Notes: generated from the letters alone by a model not told the origin. A DNA stretch of 64,000 nucleotides from Candidatus Poribacteria bacterium (GCA_965215015.1 OZ244042.1:4256001-4320000); one strand, 5' to 3'. Positions 1 through 10,287 are shown, counted from the first letter of the stretch. Program-made: numbers and translations.

Positions 1-1070
1 AGACGCAGGTTGAACTGCTCGCATTCCATTCGCACCCCTTTGAGGTAGAAGCCCGAGATCGCATCTTTGATCTCTTTCAGCCAGAGACAAGCCGTGTTGA
101 CGAGCTCTGTCAGATGAACTTTCTCATCGGGGAGGTTTTTGCAGATGCAGCACTATCGGTCATTCGCGATGCCCAGTTGAAGGTGAGGGAAATAGATTTA
201 ATCGGCTCACACGGGCAGACGGTCTATCACCTGCCCCCTCAAATAGACGCGCAGTACGTTCCATCAACATTGCAACTCGGTGAGCCGGCGGTCATTGCAC
301 ACCGTACAGGCATCCCGACGATAGCGAACTTCAGGGTTGCTGATCTCGCAGCGGGTGGACAGGGTGCACCGCTAGTGCCGTACGTTGATTTTCTGCTGTT
401 TCAGCAGGCGGATCGGACAGTTGCCCTGCAAAATATCGGGGGTATTTCCAATGTCACACTCATACCCGCGGGGGCATCGGGTTCCGATGTCCTTGCCGCC
501 GACACGGGGCCGGGGAACATGATTATCGATTCAGTTATGGAAATTCTCTCAGATGGAAAGGAGATGTATGATAACGCGGGGCGGTTTGCTGCACAGGGGA
601 GCGTTTGTAAATCGCTGCTAGGAGAATGGCTGCAACACCCCTTCATCAGCGCAAGTCCCCCTAAGACAACAGGACGTGAAACGTTTGGTAGGCAATTTGC
701 ACATCAGTCACTACAGCAAACACAAGATCAGGACGTGGATGCCGCAGACTTGGTTGCCACCTTGACAGCGTTTACGGCACAAAGCATCTTTGACTACTAT
801 CGTAGGTTCCTATTCCCCCACTATTCCGTCGATGAAGTCTATATCAGCGGGGGAGGCAGTCATAATCTCACCTTAATGCGACACCTGAAGACACTGTTCC
901 AACCAATCCCGCTCCTGCCCATTGATTCCATCGGTTTCTCAAGCGATGCAAAGGAAGCGGTTGCCTTTGCTGTTCTCGCCAACGAAGCGATTCATGGGCA
1001 TCCGACGAACCTGCCACAGGTCACAGGGGCATCACAACCGATGGTTCTTGGAACATTTTCTCCCGCTTGA
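1..1070 (+). CDS. anmK: Anhydro-N-acetylmuramic acid kinase (5'-truncated by window edge)
   Basis: IGSHGQTVYH, DLAAGGQGAPLVP, NIGGISN, DTGPGN, PKTTGRE and AKEAVAFA motifs. The frame is open upstream of 114 to the window start. Confidence 0.95.
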   Translation, partial: TQVELLAFHSHPFEVEARDRIFDLFQPETSRVDELCQMNFLIGEVFADAALSVIRDAQLKVREIDLIGSHGQTVYHLPPQIDAQYVPSTLQLGEPAVIAHRTGIPTIANFRVADLAAGGQGAPLVPYVDFLLFQQADRTVALQNIGGISNVTLIPAGASGSDVLAADTGPGNMIIDSVMEILSDGKEMYDNAGRFAAQGSVCKSLLGEWLQHPFISASPPKTTGRETFGRQFAHQSLQQTQDQDVDAADLVATLTAFTAQSIFDYYRRFLFPHYSVDEVYISGGGSHNLTLMRHLKTLFQPIPLLPIDSIGFSSDAKEAVAFAVLANEAIHGHPTNLPQVTGASQPMVLGTFSPA

Positions 1071-1310
1071 AGTCGTAAGACCGACAGCAAAGAACCCGAG
1101 TTTTTTTTTCGGAAAAACTCGGGTTCTCTTCGTGCTTTGCACGTTCTTTTTCAGTGAGCCCCGTAGATCGGGCTTCCTAGCCCGACTGTACCAGTTCTAA
1201 CCTATACATTTCCAGACAAATCTGAGATGCAAGGGTGGGGATGGAAGTTCATTCTTCCAATCTTCCAACCTATACAATGTATGCTTATCAAAATTCTTAA
1301 CTACTGTCCT

Positions 1311-2204
1311 TTAACCTCTACCGGGGAAAGTCAGTTCAGCAACGCCAGATTTATCTAACTCTCCTTTGTCAAGTTCAATCATTCTGTCATACTGATTCTT
1401 GGTCGCTTCGGCGAGTGGGAGGTTCAATCCAGCAGCGTTAGCGAGATCAAGCGCGATTCCCGAATCCTTCGACGCATGTGCTGCAGAGAAGTAACATTCA
1501 TGATCTCGATTCTCCATATCTTCGCCATCGGTCTCTAGGACGCGCGAGTTTGCTCCGGTTTGGGCGAACACTTCTTGCAGCATCCCCAAATCCAACCCAA
1601 GTGCAGCACCAAGTCCAAGCCCTTCCGCCAAGCCTGCGGTATTGATGTTCATCACCATATTCACAAGGGCTTTAACTTGGGCAGCGCGTCCCGCTTCACC
1701 GATGTAGCGGAGAGAGACGCTCATTGAATCAAGAATCGGTTTGGCGTCGTTGAAGATGTCCTCTTTCCCACCGCACATCAGATACAGCGTGCCTTCTCGT
1801 GCTTGGGTGATACTGCTCGCCATGCAGCCCTCAAGGCTCGATGCACTGTGCTTCTCTACTAACTGTTCGACATCCACATGTACCTGCGGCGAGATTGTCG
1901 CACAATTGATAAATGTCGTTCCGCTCGCATCTTTAAGCAGGCTATCATCCGCATCTTCTGAGAAGATCTGCCGCATCGCATTGTCGTCCGTAACAACGGT
2001 GATGATGTAATCCGCAAGTTCCGTCACTCGTGCTAGCTGATCCGTTGCCTCTGCACCAATCTCTTCGCCGAGCGATGTCGCACGCTCTCCATTTACATCG
2101 TAAACAGAGACAACCGAAAATCCTTCATCATTCAAGTGGCGTGCAATGTTTGCTCCCATCCTGCCCACGCCCACAACGCCGATTTTGTAATCTGAGTTTG
2201 CCAT
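1311..2204 (-). CDS. NAD(P)-dependent beta-hydroxyacid dehydrogenase (3-hydroxyisobutyrate/6PGD-like)
   Basis: N-terminal GVGRMG Rossmann motif and family-typical catalytic K-x2-N-x3-N region; 297 aa. Confidence 0.85.
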   Translation of the reverse strand: MANSDYKIGVVGVGRMGANIARHLNDEGFSVVSVYDVNGERATSLGEEIGAEATDQLARVTELADYIITVVTDDNAMRQIFSEDADDSLLKDASGTTFINCATISPQVHVDVEQLVEKHSASSLEGCMASSITQAREGTLYLMCGGKEDIFNDAKPILDSMSVSLRYIGEAGRAAQVKALVNMVMNINTAGLAEGLGLGAALGLDLGMLQEVFAQTGANSRVLETDGEDMENRDHECYFSAAHASKDSGIALDLANAAGLNLPLAEATKNQYDRMIELDKGELDKSGVAELTFPGRG

Positions 2205-2579
2205 GTTTTCCTCCTATCGTTTCAATTTGACTGAAAATGTTGAAGATAACTCCTAGCCTTTAGGATTGGGTACTAACAGTTAGCGTGAAACGCGGATTTA
2301 CGTTCCTCACTTCTACTGAATTTACTGTTAGTGTAATCACAAATTTTGCCATCTGGCACTCTTATAATATTTCTGTCCAATTTTGGAGTCATGGTTTCTT
2401 CCTTAATGTATCGTGCACTTTTGTCTGCTAACGAAAAAGTTCAGTTGCGATGGGGTTTATTCAAAGCCGCAATCCGGCGGTCTCCTATAAGGGTGGGTAT
2501 TGTCAAAACCAACCCCTTGTCCTCTTGAAAAAGTTTAGCGCAGTTTCACAAGCAATTACATCGAAAAAAGAAAGACTGA

Positions 2580-3842
2580 CTATGTCCGCAGCTGCCCATT
2601 CCCGTAGACAATGTACTTATAGCTCGTCAACCCCTCAAGCCCCATGGGACCCCGGCAGTGCAGCTTTTGTGTGCTGATACCGACCTCCGCACCGAGCCCA
2701 AACTCATAACCGTCGGTAAAACAGGTGCTCGCATTGACATAAACCGCCGCAGAATCAACCTCCTTGAGGAAGCGTTGCGCGGTAGTATAATTCTCCGTCA
2801 CAATAGTATCCGAGTGGTGTGAGCCGTAGGTTTCGATATGATCCACCGCTGCATCGAAGTCCGCGACAATCCGGATCGATAGGATATAGTCGAGGTATTC
2901 TGTCGTCCAATCTTCCTCGGTGGCGGGGGACAGGTCTGGACATATCGTCCGCGTCTTTTCACATCCGCGGAGTTCCACTTCTTCAGCGGCGAACTTTTCG
3001 CACATTGACGGGAGAAAATTCGGCGCAATTTTTTCGTGGACGAGCAGGGTTTCCATTGCGTTACAGACAGCGACTTTGTAACCGCTCTTTGCGTTGATAC
3101 AGATCTCCTCTGCCATTTTAATATCGGCTGCCTGATCCACATAGACGTGACAGATTCCGTCCGCGTGCCCGAGCACCGGCACCTCCGACTGTTTCATAAG
3201 GTAACGGACTAATTCATAACTTCCGCGCGGCACAATAAGGTCAATCAGGTCAGGCAGCCCAATCATTTCATAGACAGCCTGCCGATCGGTAATATTCACA
3301 AACTGGATGGCTCCCGGTATCCCCTCTCTTTCGGCAGTCTCACCCAAGATGCTGGCAAGTGCCGTGTTAGAGTGAATCGCCTCCGACCCGCCGCGTAAGA
3401 TTACGCCGTTGCCCGACTTGATACATAAGGCAGAGACTTCGACGGTGACATCTGGGCGCGATTCATAGATGACGCCAACCACTCCAATCGGAACACTCAC
3501 GCGCCCTATTTGCAGCCCGTTGGGGCGCTCCCGGATATGCGAGACCTCTCCGATTGGATCGGGCAAAGCGGCAACCTGCCTCAAATTATCTGCCATCCGT
3601 TCAATTTTCTTCTCATCTAACGCTAGTCGCTGCATCAGCGGCTCGGCAAGCTCCGTTTTTCGCCCTTCCTCCAAATCAATCTGATTAGCTTCTCGAATCT
3701 TGTCCTTGAATTTTAAGATACTATCCGCCATCGCCAGCAGTGCCCCGTTACGCACGTCAACAGAAGTTTTGGACAATCTGCGCTTGGCGGCTTTGGCGAC
3801 TTGGGCTTTTGAATGGATCATCTCCTGAATTGTTTGGCTCAT
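2580..3842 (-). CDS. proA: Glutamate-5-semialdehyde dehydrogenase
   Basis: VIYESRP, ILRGGSEA, VCNAMETLL, NASTCFTDG and GISTQKLHCRGPMGL motifs. Confidence 0.96.
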   Translation of the reverse strand: MSQTIQEMIHSKAQVAKAAKRRLSKTSVDVRNGALLAMADSILKFKDKIREANQIDLEEGRKTELAEPLMQRLALDEKKIERMADNLRQVAALPDPIGEVSHIRERPNGLQIGRVSVPIGVVGVIYESRPDVTVEVSALCIKSGNGVILRGGSEAIHSNTALASILGETAEREGIPGAIQFVNITDRQAVYEMIGLPDLIDLIVPRGSYELVRYLMKQSEVPVLGHADGICHVYVDQAADIKMAEEICINAKSGYKVAVCNAMETLLVHEKIAPNFLPSMCEKFAAEEVELRGCEKTRTICPDLSPATEEDWTTEYLDYILSIRIVADFDAAVDHIETYGSHHSDTIVTENYTTAQRFLKEVDSAAVYVNASTCFTDGYEFGLGAEVGISTQKLHCRGPMGLEGLTSYKYIVYGNGQLRT

Positions 3843-3854
3843 GAATTTTTCCCC

Positions 3855-4388
3855 TTATTGAGCTTTTAGTAGTTTTTGGAGTTCAGCAATGAGTGCCGCA
3901 AGAATTGGTTCAGACTTAGGGATTCCGTATAGTACATACCCACTAGCAATGAGTATAATAATTGTAAAAATAATCTGCGCCCTCACGTTCCAATCATTCA
4001 AAAATCTTTTCTACTGTTTTTGTTCCGCCTCAAAACATTTATCATGATTACAATCATTCTTAAGGCATAATTTAGCATCAATTTCGCTCTTATAATTATC
4101 AGCTTCCCTTTTGTCTCTATCGTTAGCACTCCATAGACCATACAGCCAAAGAACATACCAAAGCCATACGATTAAGTATATAATCAAGGACCAGGGTGGC
4201 AATTCGATCTTACCGGCAAGAAAACCAGTTATTATGACAACTCCGCTCCAGAATGTCAGAACAAAACGCCATTCAATATCCCTGCGTTTATTCCATCGCT
4301 CTATCTGAATTTTATACATTTCAATAAGTTGGCCGATCCGCTGGCTGTTTTTGTCAATAGATTGTTCGTTTTCACTGGGCATAAGCAC
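3855..4388 (-). pseudogene. Small membrane protein with an internal TAG (probable nonsense allele)
   Basis: ORF 4388-4011 has two hydrophobic helices. After TAG (4013-4011) the same frame stays open for 51 codons with another hydrophobic helix and ends at TAA 3857-3855, next to the proA RBS. Confidence 0.55.
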
Positions 4389-4397
4389 ACCTTTTGT

Positions 4398-4865
4398 CTA
4401 GCTAGCGAACAAAAATCCCAGCCAAACGCCCACACCGATTAAAACGATTGCTATGCCAATAACAGCTAGCACGAGTTTCCACGTCAAAATATTTGGTACT
4501 CCTTCCTGACCTGCTTCCCAGAATACCTGTCCACCTTCCTCTTCAGTATTTTCCGCTATGGGAGTTGCTTCAGCTGGCGATTGGGAAGTTTCCGATCCAT
4601 CTCCAACGTTTTGCGTGGGATCGGTTGGGGACGTTTGTCCCTCGGAGTGCGATTCTGATTGAACGCTCGAATCATCTTGGCTCCTTCCTTCGCTAGCTGT
4701 TTCTGTCGGTTCGGAAGATTCCACAGGTGCTGTTTGATTATCGGATTTCTCTGCTGTTTCTTCCTCAGAGTCTTGTGATGCCAACTGTTTTCCCGACCAC
4801 ATCGCCTGACGTTGCGCTTTATATTTTTCCTGCAACGCCTGTTTTTCTTTTTCACTCAGCTGCAC
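4398..4865 (-). CDS. Hypothetical protein: acidic low-complexity linker with C-terminal TM anchor
   Basis: S/E/T-rich middle region and C-terminal LVLAVIGIAIVLIGVGVWLGFLF; AGGAGG upstream of the GTG start. Confidence 0.75.
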   Translation of the reverse strand: MQLSEKEKQALQEKYKAQRQAMWSGKQLASQDSEEETAEKSDNQTAPVESSEPTETASEGRSQDDSSVQSESHSEGQTSPTDPTQNVGDGSETSQSPAEATPIAENTEEEGGQVFWEAGQEGVPNILTWKLVLAVIGIAIVLIGVGVWLGFLFAS

Positions 4866-4903
4866 AACAATTACCTCCTGAGAAAAATTTACTCTATTCC
4901 CCG

Positions 4904-5287
4904 TTATTCGTCGGAGATTTGCTCAATTTTAACAACGGTTCCACTTTTAACCTGTCTGAATGCCTTAGGCTCACCAATTAGCTTGCCGACGACGTTAACC
5001 GGACTCGCAGGACGAATCTCCGCCCCTTGACTCATCGGGGTGGGGCCAAAGAAAATACAGAACGCTGTGCCGGGAGGCCAATAGGCGAGCTCACCCAATT
5101 CCACCACCTCTTGTGCGTTGTCTACCTCCGCTTCCACAGGGATGGAAAAGTAGATTTCGTCACCCCATGTACTGCCACGCGCCTCAATCGGCAGCGCATC
5201 CCAAATCTGCTGTGCCGTTTGCGATAGATTCAGCTCAGCGTCCATGACAATGGGTGCAGCGGTGATTCGTATCCGCCTCTGTGACAT
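4904..5287 (-). CDS. Cyclophilin-like fold protein (DUF369/TM1367 type)
   Basis: WGDEIYF and GELAYWPPGTAFCIFFGPTP motifs. Start moved to the ATG at 5287, which has GGAGG upstream. Confidence 0.85.
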   Translation of the reverse strand: MSQRRIRITAAPIVMDAELNLSQTAQQIWDALPIEARGSTWGDEIYFSIPVEAEVDNAQEVVELGELAYWPPGTAFCIFFGPTPMSQGAEIRPASPVNVVGKLIGEPKAFRQVKSGTVVKIEQISDE

Positions 5288-5601
5288 AATAGTCCTCCAT
5301 GATGGGATAGGGTGAAATCTTATTTGATATTGACTTACAGGATACTTTTTGCGATAATAACCTTGGGGGCGAGTTGGTGAGACTGTCGTTTCCAGCTCGT
5401 TCAAGAGTTCGTTCATGACCCCATGAAAATTGTTTTTTTTACCTTTCATACATCATGTTTCACCCTCGGTCTTTAATTGGAGAGCGTATCAACAGTTGCA
5501 AACTAGCACCATTGGTTAATAGGTATCCAGCAAGATTCTATTCTATCATAAGCCTTTAGGGATTCTCAAGACAAAAAATAGTTCATACGGGAGGAAACAT
5601 C

Positions 5602-6336
5602 ATGCGGCTGAAGGACCGTGTTGCAATTATAACAGGCGGTGGACAAGGAATTGGTCGGGCAACCTGCCTGCTGCTTGCAAAAGAAGGTGCGAATATCGTT
5701 ATTGCGGAACATAACCCGGGGACGGCTGAAGCTGTCGGTAAGGAGGTTAAGGTACTCGGTGTGCAGTGTCTCGTCATCCAAACCGATGTCTCGGATGGCG
5801 ATTCAGTCCGCTCAATGGTGAATCAAACGATTGACGCTTTTGGACGAATCGATATTCTCGTGAATAACGCAGGTATCTTTAGTTACACACAAATCGAGGC
5901 GTGCACCGAAGAGGAATGGGACAGAATAATGGCAGTCAACCTCAAAGGACCGTTCCTCTGCTCACAGGCAGTCATCGATACAATGAAAAAACAGAAGTCC
6001 GGCAGGATTATCAGCCTCGGCTCCTTGGCCGGTCAGGTCGGCGGCCTAGTTGCATCTGCGCCGTATTCTGCATCTAAAGCGGGTGTTATGTGTCTTACGA
6101 AATCTCTAGCGCGCGCCCTCGGACCGCACAATATCACTGTCAACGCAATAGCTCCCGGCGTCGCCGCAACGGATATGACGACGAACCATCCCGATTTGAC
6201 CGCACAGATGGTGCTCGGCCGGGTTGCTGAACCGGTCGAGGTTGCCAACGCCATCCTGTTTTTGGCGTCCGACGAAGGCTCGTACGTGACAGGTTTCACG
6301 CTAAATGTGAACGGCGGGATGTTTATGTCATCTTGA
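5602..6336 (+). CDS. Short-chain dehydrogenase/reductase (FabG-like)
   Basis: TGGGQGIG, NNAG and YSASK motifs. Confidence 0.93.
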   Translation: MRLKDRVAIITGGGQGIGRATCLLLAKEGANIVIAEHNPGTAEAVGKEVKVLGVQCLVIQTDVSDGDSVRSMVNQTIDAFGRIDILVNNAGIFSYTQIEACTEEEWDRIMAVNLKGPFLCSQAVIDTMKKQKSGRIISLGSLAGQVGGLVASAPYSASKAGVMCLTKSLARALGPHNITVNAIAPGVAATDMTTNHPDLTAQMVLGRVAEPVEVANAILFLASDEGSYVTGFTLNVNGGMFMSS

Positions 6337-6342
6337 AAGATC

Positions 6343-6371
6343 TTGAAAATCAACGACGTTTCTGATACAAT
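6343..6371 (+). promoter_or_regulatory. Sigma70-type promoter for dapL
   Basis: TTGAAA-17 nt-TACAAT with an extended -10 TG. Confidence 0.55.
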
Positions 6372-6420
6372 GCCGCCAGTTTAAGAGATGGTATTTTAAC
6401 TTTAGATATGAGGAGAAAAG

Positions 6421-7590
6421 ATGCAGATTGCAAATAGACTCAAGAGGATTCCACCCTACCTGTTCATCGAATTACGGAACAAAATTAACCAAGCAATCGC
6501 CGATGGCATTGATGTCATCAGCTTGGGAATTGGCGACCCCGTTGAGCCAACCCCGCAACCGGTGATCGACGAACTCTGCCGCACTGCGGCTGACGCGGCA
6601 AACCATCGTTACCCGACGGACGAAGAGAAGGGGATGTTTGCATTTCGGAAGGAAGTTGCCGATTGGTATGCTGGCCGGTACAGCGTTGCACTGGATCCAG
6701 AGACTGAGGTGCTTGGGTTAATCGGATCTAAGGAGGGCTGCCATCATTTCATCCTCGCTGTTGTGAATCCCGGGGAGATAGTTTTGATGACGGATCCGGG
6801 CTATCCCGCATATCGTGCAAGTATCTTCATGGCTGAAGGTGAGCCTTACAACGTTCCGATCATGGGGGAAAACGACTTTCTACCCAGGCTCGCCGATATT
6901 CCGTCGGACGTCGCCAACCGGGCAACAGCGATGTTCCTGAACTACCCCAACAATCCGACAGGAGCGACCGCAACGCCTAAGTTTTTTGTGGAAGTCGTTG
7001 AATTTGCCAAAAATTACGACATCGCTGTGTGCCACGATAATCCGTACAGCGAGATAGTCTTTGAAGGCGAAGAACCTTTGAGCTTTCTTTCGACACCGGG
7101 AGCGAAGGATGTTGGCGTTGAACTCAATTCCCTGTCTAAACCGTTCAACATGACAGGATGGCGAATTGGGATGGCGATGGGGAATGCGGAATTAATCTCG
7201 GGGATGGCAAAGGTGAAAGGGAATACCGATTCGGGAATTTTCAATGCGATTCAATATGCCGGAATTACGGCTTTGACGGAATGCCGGTATAATATTGAGA
7301 AAATGATACCCATCTACACCCGCCGCCGTGAAAGAGTACTCAACACTTTTAAGGAACTCGGTTGGGATAACTATGATGCACCCAAGGGAACATTTTATCT
7401 CTGGCTGCCGACCCCTGATGGGATGAGCTCTGTAGATTTCGCAACGTTAATGTTTGAAAAAGCAGCGGTTGTGATTGCGCCGGGGGCATCTTACGGTGAG
7501 TATGGCGAAGGATATTTTCGACTGGTCTTAACCGTGCCAGATGACCGATTGGACGAGGCACTGGATCGGATAAAAAAAGCACTGAGCTGA
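6421..7590 (+). CDS. dapL: LL-diaminopimelate aminotransferase (PLP class I/II)
   Basis: PPYLF, SLGIGDP, LIGSKEG, NYPNNPTG and SLSKPFNMTGWRIG motifs. Confidence 0.8.
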   Translation: MQIANRLKRIPPYLFIELRNKINQAIADGIDVISLGIGDPVEPTPQPVIDELCRTAADAANHRYPTDEEKGMFAFRKEVADWYAGRYSVALDPETEVLGLIGSKEGCHHFILAVVNPGEIVLMTDPGYPAYRASIFMAEGEPYNVPIMGENDFLPRLADIPSDVANRATAMFLNYPNNPTGATATPKFFVEVVEFAKNYDIAVCHDNPYSEIVFEGEEPLSFLSTPGAKDVGVELNSLSKPFNMTGWRIGMAMGNAELISGMAKVKGNTDSGIFNAIQYAGITALTECRYNIEKMIPIYTRRRERVLNTFKELGWDNYDAPKGTFYLWLPTPDGMSSVDFATLMFEKAAVVIAPGASYGEYGEGYFRLVLTVPDDRLDEALDRIKKALS

Positions 7591-7691
7591 TAAGACCGTA
7601 ACAGGATGTTCCTGTCTATTATCTTGAGGAGCGTTTGAAAGGAGAAGAAAAACAGAGGGTGGGTAATATCAAGTCTGTATTATGACGTGCC

Positions 7692-8342
7692 CTATCTCCT
7701 CAACTCTTGGGCGGCATCAGTTTTAAGGACTTTATAGCTACATATCGAATCCCCGGTGGGCATGTGGCATTCTCGCTCAACCGGGACATCAAGTAGCCGC
7801 TGCAACAGTGATAATTCGAGCTGGCAAAGTTGAGGATACTTTTTTGCGATGGATTCAAGGGCACAGTTGTGTTCTTTGAGGATGTAGGCATTTGGTGTTT
7901 CCGCGATCTCGACCTGATAGCCTTCTTCATCCAAAAACGCAGCAAGTACTTTAATCTTTTCAGCTAAACTCTTACCTGCGATAGCGTTGAGACACATCGC
8001 GATCTTCGCTTCCATCTGATATTCAAGAAGCTGGTTGACCTTTTCTGCGCCATCAATCACCACCAAGGCATCCAAAGTACCCAGCGCAAACCGCGGGTAA
8101 TCATTTGGAAATAGACTCTCCTTTGCCTCCGAGGTAAGTTTATATATGTAGACAGGTCTACCTCTGCTAATTTTTTCGCGATAGTGTTGAATATAGCCTT
8201 CCCGTTCCAAGATAGACAGATGCTGACGCACTGTCATGGAATGGAGGTCTAATTCCTTGGCAATTTCACCGGCTGTCATACCGTTGTTTTTTTTCAAAAG
8301 TTCGACGATTGCGCCGCGTGTGTCTTTGGGTACTGATTTCAT
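7692..8342 (-). CDS. SufR-like HTH transcriptional regulator with Cys-containing C-terminal domain
   Basis: N-terminal wHTH (MTVRQHLSILE..GRPVYIY) and C-terminal HNC-x12-C-x2-E...C-x8-C, like SufR-family Fe-S sensors. Confidence 0.8.
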   Translation of the reverse strand: MKSVPKDTRGAIVELLKKNNGMTAGEIAKELDLHSMTVRQHLSILEREGYIQHYREKISRGRPVYIYKLTSEAKESLFPNDYPRFALGTLDALVVIDGAEKVNQLLEYQMEAKIAMCLNAIAGKSLAEKIKVLAAFLDEEGYQVEIAETPNAYILKEHNCALESIAKKYPQLCQLELSLLQRLLDVPVERECHMPTGDSICSYKVLKTDAAQELRR

Positions 8343-8479
8343 CGTTTCACCTTCCCCGTTTTGGTAGCGAACACGCCTTAACTCCCGCTCATTCCTATTT
8401 TCCCCAAGATTCCTTGATTAGACAAAGATTAGACAAAAATGTTAACTACTGAACCTTTTGCCGGTATAATGCTGCTGAA

Positions 8480-8566
8480 ATTATATCAGAAAAATAACAC
8501 ATTTACAAGTCAAAATATGTTTTTTAAGTTATTTACTTGACAAAACATAAAATATCGTGTTACTAT
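8480..8566. promoter_or_regulatory. Back-to-back sigma70 promoters with a central inverted repeat
   Basis: Minus strand: TTGTAA (8508-8503)-17-TATAAT (8485-8480). Plus strand: TTGACA (8537-8542)-18-TACTAT (8561-8566). Inverted repeat TATGTTTT...AAAACATA at 8516-8549. Confidence 0.65.
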
Positions 8567-8634
8567 TCCATCAATTCGATGCTAAACCTTGTTACAATAA
8601 GGTAGTTTAACAACTTTTTAGGAGAGCGAGGGAG

Positions 8635-9621
8635 ATGACAACAAGGGCAAATGAAACGGTCGGCGGAACGTTCAACCGAGACCTTGTTGAAGAGCCGATC
8701 AAAGGTACGGAGAGATATGAAGGCGACGCCGAGTGGGCAACACCGTCAGAGGAGGATGCGTCAATGCTGCATATTGATGCGTTAAGCACCTGGTTGCAGA
8801 CGGTTTCACAGCACGGGCTATTGTCTAGGGAGCAAGAGATAGAGCTTGCCAAGCGAATTGAACAGAATGATGAGAGTGCACGCGATGAGTTGGTCCAAGC
8901 GAATCTACGCTTAGTGGTTTCAGTCGCGATGAAGTATCAAGGGCATAATGTCCCCCTTGAAGATCTCATCCAAGAGGGAAATATTGGGTTGATGCGAGCA
9001 GCGAGTAAATTCGACTATCGGAAGGGATTTAAGTTTAGCACCTACGCCATTTGGTGGATTCGGCAGGCGATAATGAGGACGCTCGATAATTGTTCGCGCT
9101 CAATCCGGCTGCCCTCTTATGTCGTTGCGAAGGCGAGCAAATTTGATTCCGCTTATGCACACCTCAGTCAAGCCCTCCATCGTGAACCAACGATTGAGGA
9201 ACTATCGGAAGTGCTTGAGTTGACCGCTAAACAGATTGAAGATCTTTTGGTACTCAATTCCGGTACAGTATCGCTTGAGTTGCCGCTCAACGACGAAAAG
9301 AATGCAGCCACCTTGAGCGATCTGATCGAAGACCCCCAATCGAACCCAGAAGCCGGTCCGATTGCGGATTTGGTTAAAAGAGACTTAGTAGACACGCTCC
9401 TCAGTAAATTGAAAGCGAGAGAGCGGGAAGTGATTAAGATGCGCTATGGTCTTGAAGATGGTGAAGAAAAGACTTTGCGTGAAATTGGGGAGAAGATGGA
9501 GGTTACACGGGAACGGATTCGACAACTGGAGATTAAGGCACTAGCTCGTATAAAACGTCTGTACGACGAAGCGGGCGAACTTCAAATTCCGAAGGACGCG
9601 CCGAGCTGTCCGGCTGCGTAG
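8635..9621 (+). CDS. Alternative sigma-70 factor (RpoD-related, no region 1.1)
   Basis: ANLRLVVSVA, DLIQEGNIGLMRA, GFKFSTYAIWWIRQAI and VTRERIRQLE motifs; 328 aa. Confidence 0.93.
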   Translation: MTTRANETVGGTFNRDLVEEPIKGTERYEGDAEWATPSEEDASMLHIDALSTWLQTVSQHGLLSREQEIELAKRIEQNDESARDELVQANLRLVVSVAMKYQGHNVPLEDLIQEGNIGLMRAASKFDYRKGFKFSTYAIWWIRQAIMRTLDNCSRSIRLPSYVVAKASKFDSAYAHLSQALHREPTIEELSEVLELTAKQIEDLLVLNSGTVSLELPLNDEKNAATLSDLIEDPQSNPEAGPIADLVKRDLVDTLLSKLKAREREVIKMRYGLEDGEEKTLREIGEKMEVTRERIRQLEIKALARIKRLYDEAGELQIPKDAPSCPAA

Positions 9622-9646
9622 CATCCGCCAACACTAAGGAGACACA

Positions 9647-10279
9647 ATGAAGAATCTACTAAATAAATTAAAACCGAAACAACCCCAAACTGTAGAGGGT
9701 TCCGCACTGCTTACGGTTACTGAAGCCGCCAAGCAAAAGATTCAAGCGGTGATCGAAGACCAAGGGATGGAAGTTGAGGGGCTGCGCATCAGCATCAATG
9801 GACGCTCCGCATCAGCGTTTGAGTATGGGCTTGGGCTTGAAGTTGAACCTGCCCCCAATGATATCGTGGTTGACTGTGACGAATTTCAGGTTTTTATCAA
9901 TCCGGAAAGTGCTGAAAACCTAAAAGGGGCAACCGTCGATTACGTGGAAGACCTAAATTCGAGCGGTTTCAAGATTGATAACCCGAACGCACCGACATGG
10001 GATAATCCCAAAGCGCAAGCTATTCAACAGCTCATTGACGAGCGAATCAATCCTGCGGTCGCATCGCACGGTGGACACATCGATCTACTGGATGTTACAG
10101 ACGATTCCATCTACATCCACATGGGGGGCGGCTGCCAAGGGTGTGGCATGGCAAATGTCACCTTGAAGCACGGAATTGAGGGGATGATTCAAGAACATTT
10201 CCCCGAAATTAGGAATATTATTGATACCACCGACCACGCCGCCGGTGCAAACCCCTACTACCAACCGAGCAAGGGTTAA
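9647..10279 (+). CDS. nfuA: Fe-S cluster carrier NfuA (degenerate A-type domain plus Nfu domain)
   Basis: IscA-like N-domain lacking the conserved Cys (GATVDYVE..GFKIDNPN); INPAVASHGG and GGCQGC in the Nfu domain. Confidence 0.9.
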   Translation: MKNLLNKLKPKQPQTVEGSALLTVTEAAKQKIQAVIEDQGMEVEGLRISINGRSASAFEYGLGLEVEPAPNDIVVDCDEFQVFINPESAENLKGATVDYVEDLNSSGFKIDNPNAPTWDNPKAQAIQQLIDERINPAVASHGGHIDLLDVTDDSIYIHMGGGCQGCGMANVTLKHGIEGMIQEHFPEIRNIIDTTDHAAGANPYYQPSKG

Positions 10280-10287
10280 AAGCGAAA

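Noticed and set aside
5288-5449. N-terminal extensions in the ORF track (also 15491, 18994, 30667, 47930, 55299)
   Set aside because: Downstream starts have better RBSs and match where the family domain begins.
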